Shown here: piece by piece, positions 8,459-20,369 of the stretch
Numbering within the stretch: the first letter of the stretch is position 1
How the letters are laid out: every line of letters begins with the position of its first letter
Assembly: GCA_016929135.1 (NCBI GenBank)
Contig: JAFGJK010000156.1
Coordinates: 63,337 to 127,336, forward strand
DNA: 64,000 nucleotides
Direction: 5' to 3'
Source of the DNA: Spirochaetota bacterium
Lineage (GTDB): Bacteria > Spirochaetota > UBA4802 > UBA5550
Notes under the pieces: model-generated
What the model saw: the letters and a program-made list of their open reading frames with translations, nothing else
The model's database searches: none
What the model was told of the DNA's origin: nothing
Position numbers and translations under genes: made by a program

Positions 8459-9625
8459 ATGCTTTTCAGGAAAACAGACGATCGTGCGGAAAGCCCCGCC
8501 CCCGGCGGATTCGCCGGCCGCTGGCACTCCACCTTCGGCCCCCTCACCATGGAGGTTGTGGATACGAAGGTCACCGGAAGCTACCGCTTCGGCACCATCG
8601 ACGGTACGCTGGAGGGACGAATTGAGGGGTCCCGCCTGAACTTCCGATATCGCGAGCCCCAGGTCTCCGGAGAGGGCTGGTTTGAGCTCCTTCGCCCCGG
8701 CAGGTTCCGGGGGCTATGGCGTCCCGACGGATCAGAGGCCTGGCATGACTGGACCGGCGAACGGGGCTTCGACGGCATCTGGGCTACCACCTTCGGTCTC
8801 ATGAAGCTGGCGGTGGAGGAGGGGGAACAGATCATGGGCTTCTACGAGATGGGTGGACCCTCCGATATCACGGGAACTGCCGCAGGAAACGAAATGAGCT
8901 TCTCCTACAGGGAACCGGCGGTATCGGGCGAGGGATCATTCATACTGTCGGATGACACCATGGGCTTCTCGGGGAAATGGCGCCCCGACGGTGAAACCGG
9001 ATGGCAGCCGTGGGAGGGACGACGCGTCCTTCCGGCACCCGGCATAGTCTGGCTGGTGGTGCTGGAGGCGCACTGGCAGCGCTATCTGAATGACCGGGAA
9101 TACTCGTTCGGGGCGATGCTGGACGAGTTCTTCGCACGGCTCCCCCATGTGAACGTAAGCCACCGCTTCTTCACCGACGAGGAGGGGCTGCGCCAGTGGT
9201 GCCGGAGCCTCCTGTACCTCCCGGAGCCGGTGTACCTTGTGGTGGCGTCGCACGCCACCGAAGAGGGACTCAGCGTGCTCGGTAAGACCATCGGGACAGA
9301 GGTAATTGCCGATAGCCTTCTCTATGCCGACAGCCTCCGTCTCCTCCACTTTTCCTCGTGCCTGCTGATGAACGATAACGGCGGAAAAGCGATCCGGGGG
9401 CTTCACTCTCCGGGCCGTTTTCCCGTATCCGGCTACACCACCTCGGTGAACTGGGCGGCGAGCGCCATAATCGAATTCTGTTACCTGGACCTGGTGCTGG
9501 AACAGGGGCTCTCCCCGTCGGAGGCGGCAAAGAGGCTCGTCACGCTCATGCCCTTTGCCGGAACCATCGCGCCGAAGGGGAGCCCCTTTCCCGCGGCCGG
9601 CTTCAGGATAATCGATCCTGACTGA
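8459..9625 (+). CDS. Hypothetical cytoplasmic protein: two ~85-aa tandem repeats plus a C-terminal caspase/CHAT-like His-Cys domain
   Basis: AAGGAG lies 7 nt upstream of the ATG, and there is no signal peptide. Repeat 1 is aa ~20-101 and repeat 2 aa ~102-189. Both share the pattern G.W..TFG...........G.Y...G..G....F.YREP.VSGEG.F.L......G.WRPDG...W..W.GER. The C-terminal domain has a hydrophobic strand plus His (LVVASHATEEG) about 38 aa before a hydrophobic strand plus Cys (LLHFSSCLLMND). Confidence 0.65.
   Translation: MLFRKTDDRAESPAPGGFAGRWHSTFGPLTMEVVDTKVTGSYRFGTIDGTLEGRIEGSRLNFRYREPQVSGEGWFELLRPGRFRGLWRPDGSEAWHDWTGERGFDGIWATTFGLMKLAVEEGEQIMGFYEMGGPSDITGTAAGNEMSFSYREPAVSGEGSFILSDDTMGFSGKWRPDGETGWQPWEGRRVLPAPGIVWLVVLEAHWQRYLNDREYSFGAMLDEFFARLPHVNVSHRFFTDEEGLRQWCRSLLYLPEPVYLVVASHATEEGLSVLGKTIGTEVIADSLLYADSLRLLHFSSCLLMNDNGGKAIRGLHSPGRFPVSGYTTSVNWAASAIIEFCYLDLVLEQGLSPSEAAKRLVTLMPFAGTIAPKGSPFPAAGFRIIDPD
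8516..9025 (+). repeat. Two tandem ~250-nt repeat units coding for the ~85-aa protein repeats of the 8459..9625 gene
   Basis: The protein repeats GRWHSTFGPL...WTGER and GFDGIWATTFGL...WEGRR are recognisable only at amino-acid level; the DNA copies have diverged. Confidence 0.5.
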
Positions 9626-9810
9626 CAGGGGAGCTCCGCAAGCCCCGGCACTGTCAGCTCCGGCCGCCACCTAAATCCACGGACCATGAACTGTCCATGG
9701 CAATTCCCCGCCTGTTTTTACCGGGGCGTTCACCGGCGGGATCATCTTTTATTTTACTATTTTCATCCCCCGTCCGATACAATTAGTAGCAACGATCAGG
9801 CTGTTACCCT

Positions 9811-10539
9811 ATGAAATCAAAAATTGCATTCACCCTGGCCGCGCTGTGCATCGGCACAGCTGCATGGTCCCAGAATCTGAGCACCCAGGTGATCGATACC
9901 CAGACCGCCTACACGATTGAGCGAGGTGGATATCAGGTCTCCATCATGGGTTACAACGAGGGGGGTATCGAGCTGAAGACCATCATCGGCCTTCACGACA
10001 ACCTATTCCTGGGCGTGGCCTTCAATGTGGACCGCGCCATAGGAAAGGGGAGGGCCAGGGCGAACATTCCCGGAGTGATCGCGCGCATCAAGGTCACCGA
10101 TGGCGGGTTGATGTTCCCGGCGATCTCCATCGGATACGATTCCTTCTACATCGGCAGGGATGACCATGAATTCTGGGAATTCGATTACCGGCACAACACC
10201 ATCATCTACGGCCCCTACATCGCCCTGACGAGCCCAATCTATCTTTTCGGCGGAGAGCAGTATGTGAACTACGGCGTTCGGCTCCCCGTCCAGCCGGACT
10301 GGCGCCCCAATGACGTCTCCTATTTCATCGGCATCGACATACCCCTGGGTGAGTTCTTCAGGCTGAAGGGGGAGGTGGAGCGCGTCTTCTGGAACCTCAG
10401 GGACTCGGGTGACTGGATGTACAACGCCGGGATCCGGTACTCCTACGTCGATCAGCTGGGGATAGAATTCGCCATCATGTACGAACCGGGCGAGCGAATC
10501 AACAGGATACTTCGCATTGAATACAGGAACCAGTTTTAG
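9811..10539 (+). CDS. Putative outer-membrane beta-barrel protein (signal peptide, C-terminal aromatic residue)
   Basis: Signal peptide MKSKIAFTLAALCIGTAAWSQ, alternating hydrophobic beta-strand pattern, and the protein ends ...EYRNQF with a terminal Phe. Confidence 0.6.
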   Translation: MKSKIAFTLAALCIGTAAWSQNLSTQVIDTQTAYTIERGGYQVSIMGYNEGGIELKTIIGLHDNLFLGVAFNVDRAIGKGRARANIPGVIARIKVTDGGLMFPAISIGYDSFYIGRDDHEFWEFDYRHNTIIYGPYIALTSPIYLFGGEQYVNYGVRLPVQPDWRPNDVSYFIGIDIPLGEFFRLKGEVERVFWNLRDSGDWMYNAGIRYSYVDQLGIEFAIMYEPGERINRILRIEYRNQF

Positions 10540-10987
10540 GCGCGTACTGGCGCTCTTCTTCTGCCTCACCGCCGCATCGCCGGTCACTGCAGTGTCTTCC
10601 CAGCGCATCTGCACATTGTCCATCACGGGGACCGGCGGGAACGTTGTCCACCTCCTCGCCGAGATCGCGGACACGGACACCCTGCGGAGCCGCGGGCTCA
10701 TGTTCCGAAAAGGGCTTGATAAAAACAGGGGCATGATTTTCATGTACAGCAGTGAGGAATACCTTACGTTCTGGATGAAAAATACCTATATCCCCCTGAG
10801 TATCGCGTACATAAGCGGAGAGGGAGTGATCCACGAGATCTACGACATGAAGCCACTGGACACTTCGATCGTGTATCCGTCGCGACTGCCCGCCCGCTAT
10901 GCCCTGGAGGTGAACCGGGGCTGGTTCAGAGAACACGGGATCACCCAGGGCTGCCGCGTGAACCTGTATGGATGCTTCGGTAAATAG
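10517..10987 (+). CDS. DUF192 (COG1430) family protein
   Basis: Signal peptide followed by ...RSRGLMFRKGLDKNRGMIFMY...LTFWMKNTYIPLSIAYI...YALEVNRGW, the conserved DUF192 core. The TTG start overlaps the upstream gene. Confidence 0.65.
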   Translation: MNTGTSFRRVLALFFCLTAASPVTAVSSQRICTLSITGTGGNVVHLLAEIADTDTLRSRGLMFRKGLDKNRGMIFMYSSEEYLTFWMKNTYIPLSIAYISGEGVIHEIYDMKPLDTSIVYPSRLPARYALEVNRGWFREHGITQGCRVNLYGCFGK

Positions 10988-12116
10988 AATACCCTCATCG
11001 AAAGACGAACGCGCATACCTCATCGCACTCCAGGGAAAACACGACGATCCGAAGGACATCGACTACTCGCTGAACGAGCTTATGCTGCTCGTCAAGACGG
11101 CCGGCGGCATCGTGGTGGACCGGCGCGTGGTCCGACGGTCAATGATAGACCCCGCCTACATCGTGGGGAGGGGGGTCAAGGATGAGCTCAGGGTCATCGT
11201 TCAGGAACGGGGGATCAAGCTCCTGGTCTTCGATCTCAACAACCTCAAGCCGGCGCAGATCCGGAATCTTGAGGAGGAGCTGCAGTGCCGTGTGGTGGGA
11301 CGTACCGAGGTGATTCTGGACATCTTCGCCAGGAGAGCCAGGAGCGCCGAATCGAAGATACAGGTGGAGCTCGCCCAGCTCAGGTATATTCTCCCGCGCC
11401 TCAAGGGGCTCGGAGGCGTCCTGTCCAGGCTCGGGGGCGGCATCGGCACCAGAGGGCCCGGTGAGAAGATGCTCGAAACGGACCGGCGTCACATAATGAA
11501 GCGAATCACAGTGCTGAGCAGGAAGCTGAAGGGGATCAAGAGCCACCGCGAACTGAGCAGAAAATCCAGGGCAGGGGAATTCGTCGGGGCCGTGGTGGGA
11601 TATACCAACGCGGGAAAATCATCGCTCATCAACACACTCGCCCGTGATGACCTCTTCGTGGAGGACAAGCTCTTCGCCACGCTGGAATCCTATACCAGGG
11701 TCGTCTACCTCTCGCCGGGAGCGAAGGTACTGCTCACCGACACGGTGGGGTTCATACGCAACCTCCCTGCGAACCTGGTGGAGTCCTTCCGCTCCACCCT
11801 GGAGGAGATAGAACATGCCGATTTCCTGCTGCACGTGGCGGACATATCGTCCGAAGACATCGATACAAACATATGCACGGTAGAGAGCGAGCTGCGCTCG
11901 ATCCGCTGCGCCGACAAGCCGGTGATCCTCTTCCTCAACAAATCGGACCTCCGGGAGGACCTTTCATCGATCCGGCACGTTCAGCGCAGGTACCCCGGAT
12001 CCATCGTCGGCTCGGTGAAAACCGGGGACGGCCTGGATGAACTAGTGGAGACGATCGGCCAGCTCCACCACTCGCTGTACAGCCACCCCACACGACGGCG
12101 TCCGGCTTCTGTTTGA
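10968..12116 (+). CDS. hflX: GTPase HflX
   Basis: HflX N-domain ...RRARSAESKIQVELAQLRYILPRL.., G1 motif GYTNAGKSSLIN, G3 motif DTVGF, and G4 motif NKSD. Confidence 0.9.
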   Translation: MDASVNRIPSSKDERAYLIALQGKHDDPKDIDYSLNELMLLVKTAGGIVVDRRVVRRSMIDPAYIVGRGVKDELRVIVQERGIKLLVFDLNNLKPAQIRNLEEELQCRVVGRTEVILDIFARRARSAESKIQVELAQLRYILPRLKGLGGVLSRLGGGIGTRGPGEKMLETDRRHIMKRITVLSRKLKGIKSHRELSRKSRAGEFVGAVVGYTNAGKSSLINTLARDDLFVEDKLFATLESYTRVVYLSPGAKVLLTDTVGFIRNLPANLVESFRSTLEEIEHADFLLHVADISSEDIDTNICTVESELRSIRCADKPVILFLNKSDLREDLSSIRHVQRRYPGSIVGSVKTGDGLDELVETIGQLHHSLYSHPTRRRPASV

Positions 12117-12144
12117 CAGCCGCTCCCCCGTCCCTGTATTATTA

Positions 12145-12174
12145 TTGACTAAATTCAGTTCAATCTGATATATG
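12145..12174 (+). promoter_or_regulatory. Sigma70-like promoter candidate (TTGACT-17 bp-ATATAT) upstream of secA
   Basis: Hexamers read directly in the 120-bp intergenic region. Confidence 0.25.
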
Positions 12175-12236
12175 TTCACTTCATCCTCACCATCAGAGGC
12201 AAATGACACCCAGCATGTAACACATAAGGGACGGTT

Positions 12237-14987
<2,751 letters not shown>

Positions 14988-14989
14988 CC

Positions 14990-16348
14990 ATGGCCGCGGC
15001 CCTGATGAAGAGCATCTCCGGCATACGGGGCATCGTCGGCGAAACACTGACGCCGGAGGTGATTCACCGTACCGGAGTCGCCATGGCGCGCTACACGAAG
15101 CGGGGGACCGTGGTGATCGGGCGCGACACCAGACCCACCGGCACCGCCATCGCCAGCGGCATCCAGTCCACGCTCCTCATGGCGGGCTGCAATGTCGTCG
15201 ATATCGGCGTCGTGCCGACCCCCACGGTCCAGATCATGGTGGAGGAGCTCAGGGCCGACGGCGGGATTGTGATCTCGGCATCACATAACCCGGTCCAGTG
15301 GAACGCCTTCAAGCTCGTCAGCGGATCGGGGTCATTTCTGGGCCCCGCTGAAATCAAGCGCTTTTTCGCCTTCATGGAACAGCCCTTCAAATTCGCCAGA
15401 TGGAACGGCTTCGGATATCTCACGATCAACGACGATGCCGAGCTCGTGCACATCGAGCGGGTACTGCGCGTGGTTGACCGGGACCTTATCAGGAAACGCG
15501 GGTTCACCGTGGTCCTCGATTCCGTGAACGGGGCAGGATCCATGATCACGCCGCGTCTGCTCTCCGATCTGGGATGCCGCGTGATTCCGGTGAACTGCGA
15601 GCCGGATGGCATGTTCCCGCGAGGGGCCGAGCCGCTCCCGGAGAACCTTTCCGATCTCTCCCAGCAGGTTCGACGGTACCGGGCCGACATCGGCTTCGCC
15701 CAGGACCCCGACGCCGACAGGCTCGCCGTGGTGAACGAGGAGGGGAGACCGGTCGGGGAGGAGTACACCATCGCCATGGTATCGGAGCACCTCCTCTCCA
15801 AGGAGCAGGGGCCGGTGGTCATCAACCTCTCCACCACCAAGGCCGTCGACGATATCGCTGTGCGTTACGGCGTAGAGTGCATACGTGCGAAGGTGGGAGA
15901 GATAAACGTGGTGGAGGAGATGCAGAGGCGCGGCGCCAGGATCGGCGGCGAGGGTAACGGCGGCGTCATCTCCCCGGAGGTGCATTACGGCAGGGACAGC
16001 CTGGCAGGTATCGCCTATATCCTGGAGATGCTGGCACAGAGGGATACAACGGTATCGCAGATCGTCAACGATCTGCCCGCATATGTGATGAAGAAGGGGA
16101 AGGTCGCATATAATCCCGCCAGGTTCGATAAAAGGAGACTGGATCGGATCAAGAAGAAGCACCGCGGCGAAAGGATTACCGAAACCGACGGGCTGAGAAT
16201 CGAATTCCGGAAAAACACGGATTTCAAGCAGGGATGGGTTCACCTGCGGCCTTCGAACACCGAGCCGATCTTCCGCATCATCGCAGAGGGGACCGATGAC
16301 GCCCAGGCACGGGCGATCTACCGCTACTTCAGCGATCTCTTGAAATGA
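14990..16348 (+). CDS. Phosphohexomutase (phosphoglucosamine mutase / phosphomannomutase family, GlmM-like)
   Basis: Active-site Ser loop GIVISASHNPVQWNAFKL, metal-binding FAQDPDADR, and sugar-binding GGEGNGG. Confidence 0.8.
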   Translation: MAAALMKSISGIRGIVGETLTPEVIHRTGVAMARYTKRGTVVIGRDTRPTGTAIASGIQSTLLMAGCNVVDIGVVPTPTVQIMVEELRADGGIVISASHNPVQWNAFKLVSGSGSFLGPAEIKRFFAFMEQPFKFARWNGFGYLTINDDAELVHIERVLRVVDRDLIRKRGFTVVLDSVNGAGSMITPRLLSDLGCRVIPVNCEPDGMFPRGAEPLPENLSDLSQQVRRYRADIGFAQDPDADRLAVVNEEGRPVGEEYTIAMVSEHLLSKEQGPVVINLSTTKAVDDIAVRYGVECIRAKVGEINVVEEMQRRGARIGGEGNGGVISPEVHYGRDSLAGIAYILEMLAQRDTTVSQIVNDLPAYVMKKGKVAYNPARFDKRRLDRIKKKHRGERITETDGLRIEFRKNTDFKQGWVHLRPSNTEPIFRIIAEGTDDAQARAIYRYFSDLLK

Positions 16349-16376
16349 TCAGCAGTTACTCTTTTGCAGAACTCCG

Positions 16377-17327
16377 CTAGAAGAGAAATTTAATCCCCCC
16401 TCCCACGGACCAGTAGTGCACCGAGGTCCTGCCTGAAACCTGCACCGGCGTTGTGCCGTAGTAGACGGAGGTGTCGTGAGTAAAACCGGACGGGTGATAG
16501 TACCAGCGGGCCTCGGCGAATATGCTGAAAAACGAGAAGGGGATCACGCTGACGCCGATCCTGCCGGTCAGGGCGAAGAGATTCTGGTAATCCACCAGTT
16601 CCGTCTCCCCCAGCAGCCTCTGGTAATCGCGCAGGTGCAGCACGCCAGCCATGATACCGACATAGGGCATTGCGTACTGCCAGCGAAGCGTGATGATACA
16701 GTGTCCCGGTACGCAGAATACCCTGACCGCACCACACGGACCTCGTGCTCCCCGGCGGTCACGGTGAACTCTGAAAGGGGGGTCGTGCCCGCCTCATAGC
16801 CGTCAATGAACACCGATGCCCCCGAGGGATGTGAGGTGACGGAGATCCTTCCCGTTCCAAGCCCGGACAGGACCGCCCCCATGGTGCGGGAGACGATCAC
16901 CGCCCTCTCCAGGAGGTCATCCCCGGGGATACCGTATGGTCTTGGCATACAGGATCGCTCCGTTGTCGACTCGTACCGCCTTGACGGTACAGAGGGCGTT
17001 CGCATCGTTACCCGAGACGGATCCGAGCACCAGAATATCGGCGCGCGTGAGCCTGCCGGCTCTGATCACCCCTCCCGTATCAACCGCGCCGCTCTGCTCG
17101 AGGGCGATCTCGTCAAGGATCGTCCCGAGCTGGTTGCGTTCGAGCACGCGCAGGCCTCGGATCTCCGACAGAGCACCGGAGATGGCCTCCGGAATCATCC
17201 GTGAAAGAGACCTGGTGTCATTCCCGCCATAATTCCTGAAGTTCATCACCGCCACAGTTCTGTCGATTGCCAGGGCATTCGCCGAAATCGCCATAAGAGC
17301 CGTCACCACGAACGCGAACCGTTTCAT
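16377..17327 (-). pseudogene. Outer-membrane lipoprotein with CsgG/LpoB-like N-domain, PEGA domain and C-terminal beta-barrel segment, split over three reading frames
   Basis: Three overlapping ORFs form one colinear protein: 16917..17327 (signal peptide plus AVMNFRNYGG...ISGALS...GLRVLERNQLGTILDE), 16568..17005 (PEGA: ISVTSHPSGASVFIDGYEAGTTPL..FTVTAGEHEVRV) and 16377..16670 (ends ...GGGIKFLF). The first frame switch lies in a ccccgggg run. Confidence 0.6.
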
Positions 17328-17459
17328 AGAATCCCCCTCAGTATATCATCATCGCACAGTCTCACCCTTCACCCCCAGTCGTCAATTGAATATTTTGCGC
17401 TTGACAAATAATCATGCGGAAAGGATGTATCTGTAACTGTTGAAGAGGAGTATTCTGTA

Positions 17460-17501
17460 CCGGTGCGGCACAGTCGAGCCCTCAAGGGTGCGATGCACCG
17501 G
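17460..17501 (+). promoter_or_regulatory. Structured element (nested hairpin CCGGUGC..CCCU-ca-AGGG..GCACCGG) in the aspS 5' leader / divergent promoter region
   Basis: 7-bp outer stem and inner stems read directly; no U-tract follows. Confidence 0.2.
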
Positions 17502-17548
17502 CGAGGGATTGTTGATTTCTTCCGCAAACGAGTATATACTGCTATTAT

Positions 17549-19351
17549 ATGACTGAACAGAAAAAACCGGACGTGCCCCCATTCGCCGAGCGCTCCTACT
17601 GCGGCGAGCTCGGCGAATCCAATGCGGGGAAAAGTGTTCATCTCTTCGGCTGGGTACACACGGTGCGCGACCTCGGGGGGATCATCTTCATTCACCTTCG
17701 GGATGTTACCGGAACGGTGCAGGTGGTGGTTGACGCAGCGTCCCCCCAGGCGCTGAAGGAAGCCGCATCCTCTCTGAAGAGCGAGTTTGTTGTGCACGCC
17801 CTAGGGCCCGTGCGTAAACGAGCTCCGGAGGCGGTGAATCCTTCACACCCCACCGGCACTATCGAGGTGCTGGCGGAGTCCATCGAGGTTCTCAACGATT
17901 CCCTGGTGCCTCCGTTCCCCATCGATTCCCCGGAACAGCCCGGCGAAGAGACCAGGCTGAAATACCGCTATCTCGACCTGCGCAGGGATGACATGCAGGA
18001 GGCGATACTGAAGCGGCACACCTGCGTACAGACGATGCGCCGGTACCTTAACAATCACCGGTTCTTCGAGATAGAAACCCCCACCCTGAACAAATCGACG
18101 CCCGAGGGGGCCAGGGACTTTTTGGTGCCCAGCAGGATAAACAGGGGGAGGTTCTACGCCCTGCCGCAGTCCCCCCAACTCTTCAAGCAGATACTGATGA
18201 TCTCGGGCTTCGACCGGTATTACCAAATCGTGAAGTGCTTCCGCGATGAGGATCTTCGTCATGACCGCCAACCGGAATTCACGCAGGTGGACCTCGAGTT
18301 TTCCTTCGTGACCCCCGACATCATCATGCGGGAGGTGGAGGGCCTCCTCGCCGACGTCGTTCGTGATATCAGGGGGATCGATGTGCCGTGCCCCTTCCCG
18401 CGGCTCACCTACGACCAGTGCATGGAGCGCTTCGGAACCGATGCCCCGGACACAAGGTTCAATCTGGAGCTCCGTAGGCTGGACGATATCTTCGCCAACA
18501 CCGGATTCAACCTCTTCAAATCGGCGCTCGCGGTTGGCGGCACCGTCAAGGGGATCGCAGTGCCGGACAACGGAACCTTTTCCAGAAAGACGGTCGACCA
18601 GCTGGCCGATGAGATCAGGCGCTTCGGCGCCAAGGGCCTCGCCACCGTCAGGTTCACCGGCGACGCCTTCGACGGCGGGATCACGAAATTCCTTGGGGAT
18701 GGCGAAAAGGCCGGGCTGGTGCACAGGTTCGGACTCAGCGGCCCGATGATGCTCTTCCTCATGGCCGATGCCGCCGCGGTGGTGAACGATTCGCTCTCCT
18801 ATCTCCGCCTGAAGATCGCCAGGCAGCAGGGGTTGATCGACGAGGACGCCCTCAATTTCCTCTGGGTAACCGATTTTCCTTTGTTCGAATACGACCCTGA
18901 AACCGGCAGCTACGGGGCGGTGCATCACCCCTTTACCGCACCGACACCCGGCTGCCTGGAGACACTGGATCACCTTACGCCGGAGAACGTGGCCACCGTG
19001 AAGGCGCAGGCGTACGATGTGGTTCTGAACGGCAGCGAGATCGGCGGCGGCTCCATCAGGATCCACACCACCGGAATTCAGAGCAGGATATTTTCGATCC
19101 TCGGAATATCGGACGAGGAGGCGAACGAAAAGTTCTCCTTTCTCCTGGAGGCGCTGCGATTCGGGGCCCCGCCGCACGGCGGCATCGCCCTGGGGCTCGA
19201 TCGCGTGATGATGCTGCTCCTCAAGCGGCATTCTATCAGGGACGTGATCGCGTTTCCGAAAACCCAGAAAGGCCAGTGCCTGATGAGCGATGCGCCATCG
19301 CACGTGTCCGATCATCAGCTCGCTGAGCTATCTATAAAGACCGTAAAGTAA
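17549..19351 (+). CDS. aspS: Aspartyl-tRNA synthetase
   Basis: 600 aa. OB-fold N-domain, class II motif 2 FRDEDLRHDRQPEFTQVD, and motif 3 GGGSIRIH...GLDRVMMLL. Confidence 0.95.
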   Translation: MTEQKKPDVPPFAERSYCGELGESNAGKSVHLFGWVHTVRDLGGIIFIHLRDVTGTVQVVVDAASPQALKEAASSLKSEFVVHALGPVRKRAPEAVNPSHPTGTIEVLAESIEVLNDSLVPPFPIDSPEQPGEETRLKYRYLDLRRDDMQEAILKRHTCVQTMRRYLNNHRFFEIETPTLNKSTPEGARDFLVPSRINRGRFYALPQSPQLFKQILMISGFDRYYQIVKCFRDEDLRHDRQPEFTQVDLEFSFVTPDIIMREVEGLLADVVRDIRGIDVPCPFPRLTYDQCMERFGTDAPDTRFNLELRRLDDIFANTGFNLFKSALAVGGTVKGIAVPDNGTFSRKTVDQLADEIRRFGAKGLATVRFTGDAFDGGITKFLGDGEKAGLVHRFGLSGPMMLFLMADAAAVVNDSLSYLRLKIARQQGLIDEDALNFLWVTDFPLFEYDPETGSYGAVHHPFTAPTPGCLETLDHLTPENVATVKAQAYDVVLNGSEIGGGSIRIHTTGIQSRIFSILGISDEEANEKFSFLLEALRFGAPPHGGIALGLDRVMMLLLKRHSIRDVIAFPKTQKGQCLMSDAPSHVSDHQLAELSIKTVK

Positions 19352-19398
19352 GCCGGCTGTTATGGGCTGCGACAACTCAGATCCGCACATGAGGGGTG

Positions 19399-20364
19399 AT
19401 GGTCGAGACTAAATTCGAAATCGATGACATGTCACTGTACAAGCGTATCTGCGGGCACAATGACATGAATGTCAAGAAGATCGAGAAGCTCATCGGCGTG
19501 CACATCATTCCCCGGGGGAATACGCTCATCGTGAAGGCCGCGAAGGATAAGAGCGAATCGACCCAGCGGCTGCTGCACATCATGAGCGATTACCTGGCGA
19601 TGAAGGGAGCCGTATACGAGCTTGACGATTTCGACATCCGATACCTCGCCTCCTCTGTGATCGGCGGCAGGGAGATCAAGGCCGAGGACATGAACAGGCT
19701 GAGGATCACCTTCCAGGACTCGGGGAAATCAATCACGCCGAAGACGTTGAACCAGGCAGCGTACATCACCTCCATTTACAGGAAGCCCATCACCTTCTCC
19801 ACGGGACCGGCCGGCACCGGGAAGACCTATCTCGCCGTAGCCGTGGGGGTCAAGATGTTCATGAGCGGTTCGGTTGACAGGATCGTGCTCACCAGACCGG
19901 CGGTAGAGGCGGGCGAAAGCCTCGGCTACCTCCCCGGCGACCTGGTGCAGAAGATCAATCCATATCTCAGGCCGCTCTACGACGCGCTCTTCGACTTCCA
20001 GCCATTCGAGAAAATTTCAAAGCTCATCGAGCGAGGAAGCATTGAGATCGCGCCGCTGGCGTACATGAGGGGAAGGACACTGAACAACTCCTTTATAATT
20101 CTCGACGAGGCGCAGAACACCACCATATCGCAGATGAAAATGTTTCTCACCCGCATGGGGAACAACTCCAGGATTGTGATCTCCGGCGACGACACCCAGA
20201 TCGATCTTGAAAAACCGAAGCGCTCAGGTCTGCTCCACGCTATGAGGATCCTCCGCGACATCGAGGAGGTGAGCTTCATCCATTTCACGAAAGAGGATAT
20301 ATCCAGGCATCCGGTCGTGGAAAAGATTGTCGTAGCCTACGAAACCCAGGGGCACACGGAATAG
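19399..20364 (+). CDS. phoH: PhoH-family ATPase
   Basis: Walker A GPAGTGKTYLAVAVG and Walker B IILDEAQN, with a KH-like N-domain. Confidence 0.9.
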   Translation: MVETKFEIDDMSLYKRICGHNDMNVKKIEKLIGVHIIPRGNTLIVKAAKDKSESTQRLLHIMSDYLAMKGAVYELDDFDIRYLASSVIGGREIKAEDMNRLRITFQDSGKSITPKTLNQAAYITSIYRKPITFSTGPAGTGKTYLAVAVGVKMFMSGSVDRIVLTRPAVEAGESLGYLPGDLVQKINPYLRPLYDALFDFQPFEKISKLIERGSIEIAPLAYMRGRTLNNSFIILDEAQNTTISQMKMFLTRMGNNSRIVISGDDTQIDLEKPKRSGLLHAMRILRDIEEVSFIHFTKEDISRHPVVEKIVVAYETQGHTE

Positions 20365-20369
20365 GGACG

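Noticed and set aside
9626-9810. Possible small RNA (SRP, 6S or tmRNA) in the 185-bp intergenic region after the repeat/CHAT-like gene
   Set aside because: No conserved SRP or 6S sequence motifs are recognisable. There is only a weak CCCGCC/GGCGGG stem plus a T-rich tail, which is more consistent with a terminator for the upstream gene.
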